Shown here in pieces: positions 43,686 through 58,775 of a stretch of 64,000 nt of DNA (position 1 is its first letter; each line of letters opens with the position of its first letter). Position numbers and translations under genes: made by a program. Source of the stretch: the human T2T-CHM13v2.0 reference genome, Homo sapiens; assembly GCF_009914755.1 (NCBI RefSeq), contig NC_060934.1; one strand, 5' to 3'. A model generated the notes under the pieces. The model searched no databases and was not told where the DNA came from. It worked only from the letters and a program-made list of their open reading frames with translations.

Positions 43686-44519
43686 TGTTCTCTAGCTACA
43701 GGTAGTGACATATGTGGGCTGTTTCAGGTCCGTTCTGCCACTACTCACCTGCCCACCGATATTCAAGTATTCCTGCCACAGCGAATCTTGAAGGAAACTA
43801 TAGATCCATGTCAAAAACATGTGGTCCAACTGAGGATTGAGGCACTTATCCACTCTGCTTTCATATCTCCCTTGTTATGACTCTTTTACTTTGAAAGTGA
43901 AGCCTCCTCAGGATTGTTTTTGAAGATCTACACCAGTAAATGATATTCTCTTCACTTTTATCTCCTGCCCTTCTTTTTTCTAGACATATAGGGAAAAAGG
44001 CCTACTGTTTATCTCCTAATTTTTTCAAAGCTATACTTTTATAGAGCGATAATCAAGCTCTTATAACCCCCCCCAAAAAAACCCAAACAAACTAAAGACT
44101 CTTTTTGTTTAGACCATATTTGGTGGCAACAATATCTATACACAATATCTATATAGAAATAAGTAGGTGTGGCTAGCTTGGTATAACATAGCTACAATGT
44201 ATATTCATTTATGATAGCTTTTACTGTGGACTCTGTTTGCATAGTCATCTGGTTTGTCTATATCAATAAGGCGACTGGGATGGGGGTTGTTACTGCAGTG
44301 CACCTTAAAGTCACCCCTGAAGACCGCCACTTCTGTTTTTTTGACTTGTCTTCCATACATAAAGAAAATGTGAAATAATTAAAATTAAATAGCTGCATAT
44401 TGACTCATTCCCTTCTATGATTCCGAAGTAACACCCTTACACTGATGACAATGTGCTTTTAATGCCCCAGCTCTGTGGTCTGAAGAAGAGTTGTGGATAA
44501 AACACAGAGAGGGGGGATC

Positions 44520-44618
44520 TGAGAAGAGATAGGAATCAGGAAAGGAAGAAAAGAAAAGGGGGAGAGAAGAAAAGAGGGAAAAGGAGGGGAGGAGAGGAGA
44601 GCAGAGAAAAGAGAATGA
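44520..44618. repeat. GA-rich low-complexity tract
   Basis: Near-pure polypurine run. Confidence 0.8.
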
Positions 44619-45492
44619 AAATATTCACATGCAAATATACCAATTTAGTTGCATAGAAACCGGCATCATCTTGCTGTCACAAACCTACTGTTAGAAATCC
44701 AACCTGAATTCATAAAAAGATGACCTATAAAAGCATGTGGTATACATGTTTTTCAGAGCAGGTGACCTGTGAGTAGCACTGGGACAAATAATCCAGTCCT
44801 AAAGCAGAGACTTCCTATTTTACATTGATAAAATAAACCCACAAACAACAACAAAACACTGATAGAAAGAAGAAATTCATGGCTAAGTCCTAGACAAGTA
44901 TGATGTTTTTACTAACTGAATATGCATTAGAATGAGAATGATGCCTTTTTTATTTTATTTTATCATTTTTCTACTCTTTTCTCCTTTAAATACATGCTGC
45001 AATGTAGCTAGTTATTATGGCAAGACTAATTATGTTTAATGACTCCAGAAACCTGTGACTAATCTTGCTCTTATTGTGTCAAAGAAAAGAACAGCTTAAA
45101 TTCACCCCTTGCTTATTTTCTTCACTCTGTATGTGTTGTCTTTTCTCATAAGCAGTTTGAGTGTTGAGGCAGGGACAGGTTTTATTTGGTTGAAAGGCAT
45201 CCAATAATCTGTGCAGTAACTCTGAAACATTGGATACTCATCAACCAAGCAGAGGGATAAAAGACTTTCTTTTCAGAACAGAACATAATTCATCATCACA
45301 AACTATCACAAGCAGTTCATAGGAAATCAACACAGTCCTCAAGCCAATACCTGCTTAACATTATCTCTAGTCTGTTTCTCCCAGGAAAAGAATTACATAG
45401 GACTTGGGGATACTGAACACAGCAAAATAAAGGAATCACACTGTAAAAGATACTGGTTCCTTCAACTCAGGATTCTGTTTTTTATAATGCTA

Positions 45493-45888
<396 letters not shown>

Positions 45889-46279
45889 TTAAATATTCTT
45901 CATATAGCATGAACAAAAAGTTATGGACTGCTCTGCCCCTGATGCCTAATGAAAAGGCCTTGTAAATGTCACTCAAATAAGTTTATAAATAAAAATGAAA
46001 ACTATGTATACATTTTATTATATTCTAGTTTTAGTTTTCTCTTGTCAATAATTTTAAGAGAGTTTCAGCTATGGATAAATACATTCTGAGGAATTTCATT
46101 TTTAAAAGAAAGCTACAAGTGGTTACTAGTCATTTTTATGGAAGAGTTAGAGTAGACCACTATTACAGATCCAATAAACTCATGTTATAGATTTTTCAAA
46201 TAATAAAATTTGAAATGAATTATAGAGGTTTAGGCATAATTATATACAAAGCAAAAATACAAGTAACCAGTTTTTTTTT

Positions 46280-47035
46280 TTAATGGTAAAAGACTTGAGC
46301 AGATACTATAGAAAAGGATACCAAATGATCAGTAAACATAAAAAGACACTTTTATTAGAGATCAGAAGAAAATGCCAATTATAACTATAATTCAATATAA
46401 CTACGGGCCTAGAAGAATGGCTCACATAAGAGAAAATACTAGGTATTGATGAATATGTAGAGCAACTAGAATTCTCATAAATTTCTGGTAAGAAATAAAA
46501 ATTGGTACAACTACAATTGAAAATTATGGCGGATCTGCCAGAAGTGGCTAGTGCATACTCTATAAATTCAATCTCATTCCTGGGTTTATATTCAATAGGA
46601 CTGTATACTTATGTTCACCAAAATACAAGTAAAAGAATATTCATAGTAGTACTACTTGTAATTGCATGGAAGCATGGAACAAAATGAACAAATGCCTACA
46701 GACATTAAAATGGATAAAGTTGTATGTTCACCGAACAGAGTATTATGAGCAATAAGAACAAACAAATTATAGCTACAACTGACAATATGAATGAAACACA
46801 GGCACAATATTGAGTGAAAGGAGTCATACACAAGTAAATGTGGTATAATTTTATTTACATAACATTTGAAAACAGTATATATAGTATGAAAAGTCAGGAT
46901 AGTGGTGATCTTGTGTGGAGGGAAAATGAAAGTTTCTGACATGCTGGTAAACTGGGTGCTTGTTACATGGGTGTACAATCAAGATGTACAATTACAAGTG
47001 TGCCCTCCCTTGATGTAGATAACAAGTCAATAAAC
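46280..47035 (+). mobile_element. L1ME-type 3' end
   Basis: gagcaactagaattctcata..aattggtacaactac..aagaatattcatagtag..aagtcaggatagtggt..ggtgcttgttacatgggtgt..aagtcaataaa. Confidence 0.72.
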
Positions 47036-47549
47036 TGCTTCAAATATGTAGGCATCTGGCCTTCACTTTTGTATCAAAACAATTGTGTTCTTAGTACAGT
47101 TTTGTTTTTGTTTTGGGTTTTGCACAAAATAATAGACCAAAAAATTATGATTTTATCTGATTCAGTTTACTATGTTCCCATTAGACTTTATATGAATTGG
47201 GAAACATTATGATTTTGCACATTAATTTCTGTGTGCATGCAAAAAAAATACACCCTGTAATATAACACTGTAAGTTAACAAGTGGAAACACAACAAGTAG
47301 TCAAGAACTCACTATTTCAATCACAACTTTTCTATAAGCAGTATTCTTCTGAGTAGTCATTGCATATTATTGTATCATTGGAAGGGATCTGAGTTGTGGG
47401 TTGGTGAGTTGTATACATTGGTGAGTTGTAAGCTTGACAACTGTGCTCAATAATATACACTGGTTTACTGAACACAGTGGAACTGCCTGTGGTAACTGAT
47501 GGTATAATGATTTATTTTGTATTATGCATTGTCAGTAATGAAGTCTTAA

Positions 47550-48115
47550 ATTTGTTATCCCAAGGGCCAGATATGATGTGCAGACATATTTTGCTTGGCT
47601 CTCAATGTGTTTCAAAGTAAGTGGAGAGAACATTTGATAAATCTAGGATATCCACATTTTTTAAGAAAAATCAATATTTTTAGTCTTTCCTGAAATAGCA
47701 CACAGTTTGGCATCACTAGGCCCATATTCCCACAAAGTAAAAGATGCTTAATATGAATAACAACTTCCCTCTACTGAGAGAGTGCAATGTGCAATTCATT
47801 TCAAAACATTCTCCAACACTTCTTAATAATTAACTCGCCAGCAGTGATGCCAAAAATCAGTTATCATTTATTGTTTTCCTTGAACAACTATATTTTTATG
47901 GTAGGAAAATATTTCTCTGCAACAAACTCCCTATCACAACTAGAAAAATAAAATTTAGACTTAGAGGCTGCATATTTTAGGGAAGATTGGTGAACACGCT
48001 TTCAAGTGAAGAATTTTAAAAAGTTGTATGCAAAACAGATGCCATTTGTCTTAAACTAAGACTGTTTCATTCACTTGTAATCTCTTTGGCTTCTAGAAAG
48101 AGTTAAGTGTTTTAT
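47550..48115 (+). mobile_element. MER102/Charlie4-like hAT fossil
   Basis: gggccagatatgatgtgcagacatattttgcttggc..tggcatcactaggcccatattcccaca..ttcattcacttgtaatctctttggc; highly diverged, orientation uncertain. Confidence 0.45.
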
Positions 48116-49111
48116 TTTTGTTCTTCACAAATCTCCTATACCTCGCAAGGGATACACTCGCTCTGACTCAAATGAGTTTCTGAAGAGACATATAGAGGAG
48201 AAAGTATAATCACAAAGAATGTGAGATGCTCCCCCTTTTGAAAATATGAAAAATAAAGAGAAATCTGGAGCAACCCAAAGAGACATTGAAAGACAATAGA
48301 AGTTTATTCACAAATTACTGTAGAAAAACAGTTTTGCCTAAATTTGTCCACCAATTCAAGTTAAATGATTGGTATATATTGAGAGTACAAAGTTACAAAA
48401 TCTCCTGCAGGTAAACAAGAGGAAAGACTGAAGGTAAATATAAAAGTTTGTAAGAGTATGTCATGAAAACAGCAATTCACTCTGTGTGTATGGCACCATA
48501 AACATACTTACTCACATGTTTACTCTGATCTAGAATTTCTGCACAAATCAATTGAGTGTGAGCATGAGGTCTGGCAATCAGAAACCTGTCAAATTTCTGT
48601 ACCATGTGCTCTTATAGTCACCTTAATTAAAAGTATCCTCAGACCTTCACCCTTAATAAGAAAGCCCTAAGGTCCTGGGGACAAACTTGCTCATTATGTT
48701 AGGACCCACCGTTTAGGGACGTACCAATAACAAATAATAATAATAATATTCCTTTAGGTATTGTAATACCATGAAGTCTGATTGAAAACTGTCTTTCCGG
48801 ATGTATTTAAGTACAAGCACGAATCCAGAAGAAAAGAAAAGTTTGTTTTTTTATATTGCTCATGAATAATTTAAGTAAAAATGCAAATGTTTTAAATTAT
48901 AGTTTTCTGTAACAATTGATTAAATCCTATTTTGCGTGCTTTGTGCTGGTACAAAGTTAAACTTTGCCCAGGGTTGCAAAACTAATATCCAGTGAACACT
49001 CTGTGTTCTAACATAGGACTTTACCTCAACTGGAAATTACTTTTTTGTGTCATTTTTACTCCTTTTGCAGTATCAGGGTAGAGTGGGGTACACAATGGCA
49101 GTGAAATACTA

Positions 49112-50152
49112 TGTGAAAGGAAAATAAAATCTCAGGATCCTAATCTCACTCTGCCAAAGGGAAACATTAACATTATCCATTTTGTTCCTAAATAGATAGC
49201 TGCAAAGATAGAAGCCCATGTATCTCCGCAGGTGACCTCCCTCCTGAATTGCTCACAAGGAAATCCCTTTTGGGCCTCAAAATCTTTACCCTAAAACAGA
49301 GTTCTGTTGAATTTCACCCTGATAATGTAAATTAACAGCTTATCCTTACAGTTGTAGGACAAAGACAAGACTAGAAATCATCCCTCTTCCTACCTCAAGA
49401 CAAATGCATATTTGACTTTTCTCTACTCTGTTTCCTTTTAGCTTACATAAAATACAGATTCACTGAGTAAGCCATGAGATGAATGTGTAACTGACTGTTC
49501 CTCTACTCTCTCTTTTCACATGGATTCAGTGAGCACTAATCAAAGTCTCACAAAAATGTGACCACTTATCTCACTACCTACCCTCCCTTTTGTATCTAAT
49601 ATGGTTTAGCTTTGTGTTTCCACCCAAATCTCATCTTGAATTGTAATCCCATAATCTCCATATGTTGTGGGAGGAACCTAGTAGGAGGTAATTTAATCAT
49701 GGGGGCAGTTTCCCCCCATGCTATTCTCATGACAGTGAGTGAGTTCTCGTGAGATCTGATGGTTTTATTAGGGGCTTCTCCCTTCGCTTGGCACTCATTC
49801 TCTCTCCTGGCACCCTGTGAAAAAATGCCTTTCGCCATGATTGTAAGTTTCTGGAGGCCTCCACAGCCATGTGGAACTGTGAGTCAACTAAACCTCTTTT
49901 CTTTATAAATTATCCAGCCTCAAATATTTCTTCATAGTGGCATCAGAATGGACTAATACAGTATCTTTCCTTTTTCCCCCCAAGCCACTCTTTCCCATTT
50001 AAATATTGTAGTCTTCAAAACCCTCTTTGGAAAAAGCAGGGGCCACAGATCCTATGGTGACTTGTGTCTTATTTTCCCAGGTATGTCTTCAACCTTGAAA
50101 AAATAAATCTCTAAATTGATTGACACCTGTCTCAGACACTTTTTGGTTTACA
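49112..50152 (+). mobile_element. MER4 (A/C-like) ERV1 solo LTR interrupted by THE1D
   Basis: Starts tgtgaaaggaaaataaaatctcagg, contains atctttaccctaaaacag..ttctgttgaatttcaccctg, ends ctaaattgattgacacctgtctcagacactttttggtttaca. Confidence 0.87.
49597..49960 (+). mobile_element. THE1D solo LTR
   Basis: cacccaaatctcatcttgaattgtaatcccataat..ggactaataca; perfect 5-bp TSD gtatc at 49592-49596 and 49961-49965. Confidence 0.92.
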
Positions 50153-50547
50153 GCCACAAAGAGGAGTTTTATTTCTGGGCATTCCTTCATCTTGATTCCT
50201 GTATAGGAGAAAAATAATGACTTTTTTACTGAGGGCAAAGCTTACGTGCAAAATTACTTGAGCTGAAGCAAAGAAAAGCCACAGTGATGGTAGAGCCTAG
50301 AAAACAGTAACTTGATTGCTTTGATTAAAGTGTGTGGAAAATTACTCATAAGATTAGTGGGAGAGGTGCATTTAGATTTAAATTCCATCAAAACGAAACA
50401 AAACCAGCCTTTAAAAGTCATCCATGCTGATTAACATTTACAGAATTCTTCTACATTAGCAGAAATCTTATTTGAATCTAAGGACTTCATTTTGGACTTA
50501 TCTCCTGAAGTGTATATTAATTGAAGGCTAGAAACTGAGATTTGACT

Positions 50548-51407
<860 letters not shown>

Positions 51408-51763
51408 GATTCCAGAAACACCTGGGTTCAACTTGTATTATTCTGTTAACCTCATAGAGAGTTATTATTGCTTCTCATTATTCACATGAGCACACCAAAC
51501 AATAAAGCACGGATTGAGCATTAAAATGCTTCATAGCAGTGCCAAAGGTGTATATGTCATAGTTCTTGTTCTTAAAACTATCCGTCTAATTGGTAAAGCA
51601 AGAGTTCCATAAAGGTATTTTAACTTTGAATATTTGATGTTTGGCCTTAGATATACTACAAACTAGTTTTCTCATCCATGAAAGGCAGTGCTGTTGTACA
51701 AGTTAAATAAAATAAATTTAACTTAAAAACAGATACTTATAAAAACCTATTTTTTGAAAAATT

Positions 51764-52027
51764 TGGTGGGCAGACTATTGTGCTGCCACCATCCTTATCT
51801 TCCATGATCCCCACCTTCTGATGTTCATGATTTTGTGTAATTCTCTTTCTTTGAGTGTGGATAGGATGGGTGACTTGCTTCTAACCAACATGGCAAAAAT
51901 GATGGGATGTTCTTAAGATTCCCTATGCTGGATTGATAAAATAAACAGCAATATGTAGAGGAACTTGTGGCTCCTAGGAGCTGAAGGCAGCCTCTAGTGA
52001 CAGAAGTGGATTCCTCTGCATCTCCCA
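51764..52027 (+). mobile_element. MLT1E/F-like MaLR LTR fragment
   Basis: atgatccccaccttctgatgttcatg..ttgagtgtgg..gtgacttgcttctaaccaa..atggcaaaaatgatgggatgt. Confidence 0.72.
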
Positions 52028-52232
52028 ACTACTTGTGGGACTGGGAATATGTGACTAGCTTGCTGAGCCTCAATTTACTCATGAAATGCAGGAAGTATGC
52101 CAAAGTGCCCATTCAGCTCTAGCAATCAAGGGCACTGTAAACATTGCAGAAGCTTAGAGTTTCAAAAATGTAGAAGTACGTATCTCTTTTCTATGCACAA
52201 TTTAGTTAGTAAAAATGGCTTTAAAACTATTT

Positions 52233-53468
52233 AAGAAATGGGGAAAGGATCCCTTATTTAATAAATGGTGCTGGGAGAACTGGCTTGCCATATGCAGAAA
52301 ATTGAAACTGGACCCCTTCCTTACACTTTATACAAAAATTAACTCAAGATGGGTTAAAGACTTAATTGTAAAACCCAAAGCTATAAAAACCTTAGAAGAA
52401 AATCTCAGCAATACCATTTAGGACACAGGCACGAGCAAAGATTTCATGACAAAAATGTCAAAAGCAATTGCAACAGAAGCAAGAATTGATAAATGGGATC
52501 TAATTAAACTAAAGAGCTTCTGCACAGCGAAATAAATTATCATCAGAGTAAACAGACAGAATGGGAGAAAATTTCTGCAATCTATCTATCTGACAAAGGT
52601 CTAATATCCAGAATCCACAAGGAACTTAAACAAATTTACAAGAAAAAAACAACTCCATTAAAAAGTGAGCAAAGGATATGAACAGACACTTCTCTAAAGA
52701 AGACATTTATGCGGCCAACAAACATATAAAATAAAAAGCTTAACATGACTGATCATTAGATAAATGAAAATCAAAACCACAATGAGATACTATCTCACAC
52801 CAGAAACAAGAGATGCTGGCAAGGCTGTGGAGAAACAGGAACTCTTATACACTGTTGGTGGGAGGGTAAATTAGTTCAACTATTGTGGAAGACAGTGTGG
52901 TGATTCCTCAAAGACTTAGAACCAGAAATACCATTTGAACCAGCAATCCCGTTACTGGGAATATACCCAAAGGAATATAAATCACTCTGTTATGAAGATA
53001 CATGCACGCATAGGTTTGTTGCAGCATATTCCCAGTAGCAAAGACATGGAATCAACCCAAATGTCCATCAAAGATAGCCTATGTAAAGAAAATATGGTAC
53101 ATGTACACCATGGAATACTTTGCAGTTATAAAAAGAAATGAGATCATGTTCTTTGCAGGGACATGCATGGAGCTAGAAGCCATTATCCTCAGCAAACTAA
53201 CAAAGGAACAGAAAACCAAAGGCAGCATGTTATCACTTATAAGTGGAAACTGAACAACGAGAACACACGGACACGGGGAGGGGAAAAACACACATTGGAG
53301 TCTGTTGTGGGTAGAGGGGGAGGGAGAGCATCAGGATAGATAGCTAATGCATGCTGGGATTAATACCTAGGTGATAGGTTGATAGGTGTAGCAAACCACC
53401 ATGACACACTTTTACCTATGTAACAAATCTGCACATCCTACATATGTATCCAAGAATTTAAAAATAAA
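52233..53468 (+). mobile_element. L1PA (PA8-PA10-like) 5'-truncated 3' end
   Basis: [29 protein letters not shown] is L1 ORF2; L1PA 3'UTR gagagcatcagga..taatacctaggtgat..tgtaacaaatctgcacatcc. Confidence 0.93.
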
Positions 53469-54189
53469 ACTTCCATGTTTACATTTCTCAATATGTCACT
53501 AATGTTATTTACTTTTTCACCAAGTATTTGATGCTATCTATGTGATTTATTTGATGGCTAATACTGCACTAGATAGACAAACTGAATATAGTATTGCTTA
53601 AAAACAAAAAGACCAGATTGTCAGTCACATCAAAATATAAAACAAAGAAGTATAAATAACTTGATCATGTTTATACAGAGTTAAAGGGGAAAAGCTGTTG
53701 CAAAATTTCTAGAAATGTGAGGCTTGTCTTGCACTAAGAATAAAAAATTGTCTTCTTGAAAGGTGTTATGAGATAAGCACACTCTTAAATGACTCTGAAA
53801 TCATGAAGTGTTTAGTATTTATACCAGCTTATTCAAAATATATCTGTTTCAGAAACCCCAAAAATATTTTGACAAATCCAGGTCACATTGTCCTAAGTTT
53901 AAGTTTGTTTCTAAAACTTTTTATCCCAAGGTTAAATAATTTCTAAGATTTCAGTTTGCATTAGTTATATATCTACATTTTTAAACCAGTTACATCTTTC
54001 TTTCATATATATATATGTGTTTATGTATATATATGTGTGTGTGTATAAATATAATACAATTCAAATATTCAGTTATTTGAACCTTCAAAATCAAGTAAAA
54101 ATATGTAGGTATATTTATTAGCAATCAGAAATATATCACTCTTCTTAATTATCATCATTTTCTTAATAATTTTATCAACATTCCATCAA

Positions 54190-55850
54190 TGTTTTAGTAA
54201 ACTGTTAATTTTAGAATAGTTTGATTTACAAAGATGTTACAAAAATAGTAGAGTCCTCATATAACCCGGGAACAGTTTGTTCTGTATTTAACATCTGACA
54301 TCAGAAGAGTTCTAATAGACCAATATTGACACATTGTTAACTAAATTCTATACTCTATTCAGATTTCCTTAGTTTTTAACCTAATGTCCTTATTAAGTCC
54401 TAGTATTTCATCCAGTATACACATTGCATTTCATTTTCATGCCTCCTTAGGCTGCTTTCGGCTGTGACAGTTTCTCAGATTTCGTTTGTTTTTGATATCT
54501 TAACTCTTTTAAGGAGTACTGATTAGATATTTTGTACAGTATTCCTCAGTTTAGATTTGTGTGATGTTTTTCTCATGATTAGACTGTAGTTTTTGGTTTT
54601 CAGGAGGAAAACCACAGAGGTAAATTGACATTCTTATCACATCATATGAAGGGTACATAATATCAACATGAATTATCTCTGTTGATGTTGACCTTGATCT
54701 CCTATCAGCACTTGTCAAATTTCCTTTTTATGAAGTTATTTCCTCTGCCCTCCACCATACTGTACTTTCTGGAAAGAAGCCAGTATTCATAGTCCACACT
54801 TAAGGAGTGAGAATTTATATGCCATTTCCTGGAAGGCACAGTATCTACAAAAGTTTTATGAAATTCTTTTGTAGAGGAGACTTGTCTCTGCTCTCCCACA
54901 TACCTACGTATCCAATCACTTATTTATATTTCTGATATGATTTGGATCTGTGTCCCCATATAAACTTCATATCGAAGTGTAATCCCCAGTGTTGGAAATG
55001 GGGCCTGGTGGGAGGTGATTGGATCATAGGAGCAGTTTCTCATGGCTTAACACCATCCCCCTTGGTGCTGTTGTGGCAATAATGAGTACTTGTGAGATCT
55101 GGTTGTTTAAAAGTGTGTGGCATCTCCCCCACCCACTTGCTGCTCTGACCATGTGACATGCGGGCTCCTGCTTCACTTTCTGCCATGATTGTAAGTTTCC
55201 TGAGGCCTACTCAGAAGCCAGGCAGATGCTGCCATGCTTTCTGTACAGCCGGCAGAATCGTGAGCCAACTAAACCTCTTTTCTTTATAAATTACCTAGTC
55301 TCTGGTATTTTTCTGTAGCAGTGTGAGAACTGACTAATACAATTACTAACTATTAAAAGATATTTATTTTTATTTTGGGTTATAATTCATTACCATTTGT
55401 CTATTTTGTTGCTTAAGTCATTCCATCTTTGGCCACTGGGAGCTCTTTCAGTTGGCTCTGGTGTCCCTTTGTTATAATCTCATCATTGTAGAGTTGTTTT
55501 TGTTTTTGTTTTCAGTACTTCCTTAATTTCTGGCACAAAAATATGCTTCTCAGCTGGCAGAGAAGAGAAATGTATGTGTGTATACTAATATATACACAGA
55601 CATAAATATCTGTAAATATTTCTACATATATATATATCTGTAGCTACATTAAAGTAAACAGGAGTTCATCCTGGTGTCTCCAACTCTAATCCCATAAGAC
55701 AGGGATTATTCTAGCCCTCTCTCATGTTTATCTGCAATCCTTCACTTCAGCAGTGATAAATCTGGTTCCCACTATCCACCAGTGATTTACGTAATTATTC
55801 AATGCCGGTGTGCAGGTATACCAATTTTAGAATTGTTAAGCTATACCCAT
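54190..55850 (-). mobile_element. L1MC (L1MC3/4-like) 3'UTR interrupted by MSTA
   Basis: ctgtgacagtttctcaga..gaggaaaaccacagaggtaaa..gatgttgaccttgatc..ttggccactgggagctctttcagttggctc. Confidence 0.8.
54933..55341 (+). mobile_element. MSTA MaLR solo LTR
   Basis: tgatatgatttggatctgtgtcccca..gagatctggttgtttaaaagtgtgtggca..cagaagccaggcagatgc..gactaataca; TSD atttc/attac. Confidence 0.92.
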
Positions 55851-55920
55851 GTTTTCCAGAAGATATTATTTCACTGCAAATTTATTACTTTAAAAAATCC
55901 TTGCCCCTAGAAGTTTCTGA

Positions 55921-56112
55921 GAGTAGAATGCTAGGAATTGTTTAACAATCTTCTCTGGAAAGGGTGGAGCCCTGATTTGCAATGTTTTCTGATTTCTATG
56001 GTGTAATTATTTCTATCATGGCCAATTAAAAGCTACGACTGTGATGTTACTGGAGTGGGTAAGGAATGCAAACATTCCCATGAGCCAGTACAAGCTGGCT
56101 CCATCACCACAA
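55921..56112 (+). mobile_element. MER63A (hAT-Blackjack)
   Basis: tgtttaacaa..agccctgatttg..tggtgtaa..catggcc..aagctac..gagccagtacaagctggctcca matches the recalled consensus. Confidence 0.78.
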
Positions 56113-56177
56113 AATTGAATTGTACCGATTTGAAGACTACTAATGTAAACTATACTTATCTGAGTGCCATATGTCTT

Positions 56178-56325
56178 AAGTTCTAGTCCTGATTGGAAAT
56201 AGTTTTCTGTGTAATCTTAGCCAAGTCTTTTAGTCAGAATGAATCTCTTTCTTTATCATGTGTAAAATAAAGGGAGAGAACGACCTGAATTCTAAAGTCT
56301 CTCCAGTTCTAATATTAAGTGATTT
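56178..56325 (+). mobile_element. MIR (MIR3/MIRc-like)
   Basis: gttctagtcctg..ctgtgtaatcttagccaagtc..tgtaaaata..tctaaagtctctccagttctaatatt. Confidence 0.6.
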
Positions 56326-56617
56326 TCTTTAGAATCATTTGCCAACAGTTTAACACATGAAGAGGAGGTAAAGTTTAAACCACTGAATTATAATTCCCCA
56401 TGTCACAAAATATTAGTAAAATAAATTTAAGGTAGTATAATGGTATTTATAAATAAAAAACCCATGGTTTTTAGATTGTTTTTGAGATAAGAAACTAAGG
56501 GGATCTGAATTCAATCTACTGGGATGAGAATGGACTATTGTATACAAGGAATCAGGTTAAAGCCATAGTCTTTTCTTTTCTCACATTATCAAGTTCTGTG
56601 GGATATACTATATGTAC

Positions 56618-57080
56618 TGTTATGGTTAAATTACATGTTTCCCCTGCGCCATATTTATATGTTGGAATCCTAATCCCCAGTACCTCCAAATGAATACCTA
56701 TTTGTAAATGGGGTTATTTCCAAATAAGATGAGATAATAGAATAGGGTGGGCTTATAATGGAACATGACCAGTATCCATATATAAAGATATTTGAACACA
56801 GACGTGTACACAGGTAGAACACCATATGAAGATAAAGACACAGATGGGCCGATGCTGCTTCTATAAGCAAAGAAGTGCCAAAGATTGCCAGCAAAACACC
56901 AAATGCTGGGATGGAGGTCTGGAGCAGATTATTCCTTCCTCCTGGCCCTGAGAAGGAATCAAACCTGACAACGTCTTGATTTTAGGCTTTTCGCCTCCAA
57001 AATTGGAGACAATATATTTCTATTGTCAAATCCATTCAATTTGTATGACTTTGTTATGGCAGCCCTAGTAAACTGATACC
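56618..57080 (+). mobile_element. MLT1C MaLR solo LTR
   Basis: tgttatggttaaatt..cctaatccccagtacctc..gccaaagattgccagcaa..ttgttatggcagccctagtaaactgata. Confidence 0.87.
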
Positions 57081-57149
57081 GATATGAAGGAACTCTCCGT
57101 ATGTTCATTTTTTACAGATATATTTTTCACATTATATACTCCAGATCAC

Positions 57150-58775
57150 AGTACCTCCTATTGGAAGAATAAAAATGGAAAAAGTCAGTATTGTCAAGAT
57201 GCAATTTCTTCCTAAGTTGAATCAATACAATATCAATCAAAATCCAAGCATATTATTTTATGACAACAGATTAATTTTAAAGTTTATATGGGGAAGCAAA
57301 AGACTTAGATAACAAAATATTGAAGAAGAACAAAGTCAGACAATTAACACTAACCAACTTCAAGACTTACTATGAGCTACAATAAATAAGACTGTGGTAT
57401 TAGAAAATAACAGACAAATCAAATACCCACCAAGAGACCACATATATAATCAACTATTTTTTGACAAAGGTGAAAAAGCAATGTGTTGGAGAAAGAATAG
57501 TCTTTTCAACGTATGTTGCTGGATATCCACATGCAAAAAAAAAAGAGTACAGAAAGCAAGCAAGCAGGAAGAAACTATACACAGACTTAGTGCCTTTCAC
57601 AAAAATTAACTCTAAATGAGCCATAGACCTAAATATACATTTTTAAATTATAAGACTCCTAAATAGTAACATAGGAGAAAATTTATATGACATTGGTTTT
57701 AACAACGACATTTTAGATACAACACCAAAGGCACAATCCATGAAGAAAGAAATGGATAAATTGCACTTTATTCAAATTCAAAACTTTTGCTCTATAAAGG
57801 ACACTGTCAGGAGAAGAAGAAGATAACTCACAGACTGAGAGATAATATTTTTAAAATACATATATGATAGGATACTCTTTTGCAAAATATGCAAATATCT
57901 TAAAGCTCAACCATGAGAAAATGAATAGCCCAATTAAAAAATGGCCAAAAGACTGAAAAACACCTCACCAAAGAAGATATGCAGATGACAAATAAATGCA
58001 TTACAAAGTTCACGTCATATGTCACTGGGGGATGGCAAACTAAAACAACAATGAGAGACCACTACACACCTATTAGAGTAGCAAAAATTCAAAACACTGA
58101 CAACACCAAATGCTTGTGGGAATGCGAAACAACAGGAACTCTCATTCGTTATTGGTGGGAATGGAACAACATTCATGTACCAAAATGATACAACCACATT
58201 GGAAGACAGTTTCATAAAAAGAAAAAAAAAATACTAAACATAACCTTACCTTACTATTCAGCAATCACACTCCTTCATATTTATCCAAACTATTTTAAAT
58301 ATTTTACAGTAAAACCTCCACGTGGGTTTTTATAACACCTTCATTCATAATTGCCACAACTTGGAAGTTGCCAAGATGTCCTTCAGCAAGTGAATGGACA
58401 CATAAACTGCGGTATAGTTTCCACTCCAAAAAGAAATTGGCTATCGGGCTTTGAAATATAGGAAGAATCTTAAATGCATATTATTTACTAAGTGGAAAAA
58501 GCTAAAGTGAGAAGGATACATGTCATTATACTTTAGTCAAAACTCATAAAATATAGGACATCAAAAGTTAACCTTAACGTGGACTATGGACTCTAAGTGA
58601 TAATGATATGTCAATGTAAGTTCAGTGAATGTAACAAATGTGCTCCTGTGGTGTAGAATGTGGATAGTGAAGGATAATGTGTGTGTGTGTGTGCTGAATG
58701 GAGGAGGCAGCATATGGGAACTTTCTGTACTTTCTATTCAATTTTGCCATGAACCTAAAACAACAACAAAAAAAC
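57150..58775 (+). mobile_element. L1MC/MD-type ORF2 3' part and 3'UTR
   Basis: ttcaagacttactat..cacctcaccaaagaagatatgcagatg..; terminal atatgggaactttctgtactttc..caattttgccatgaacctaaaac. Confidence 0.85.
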
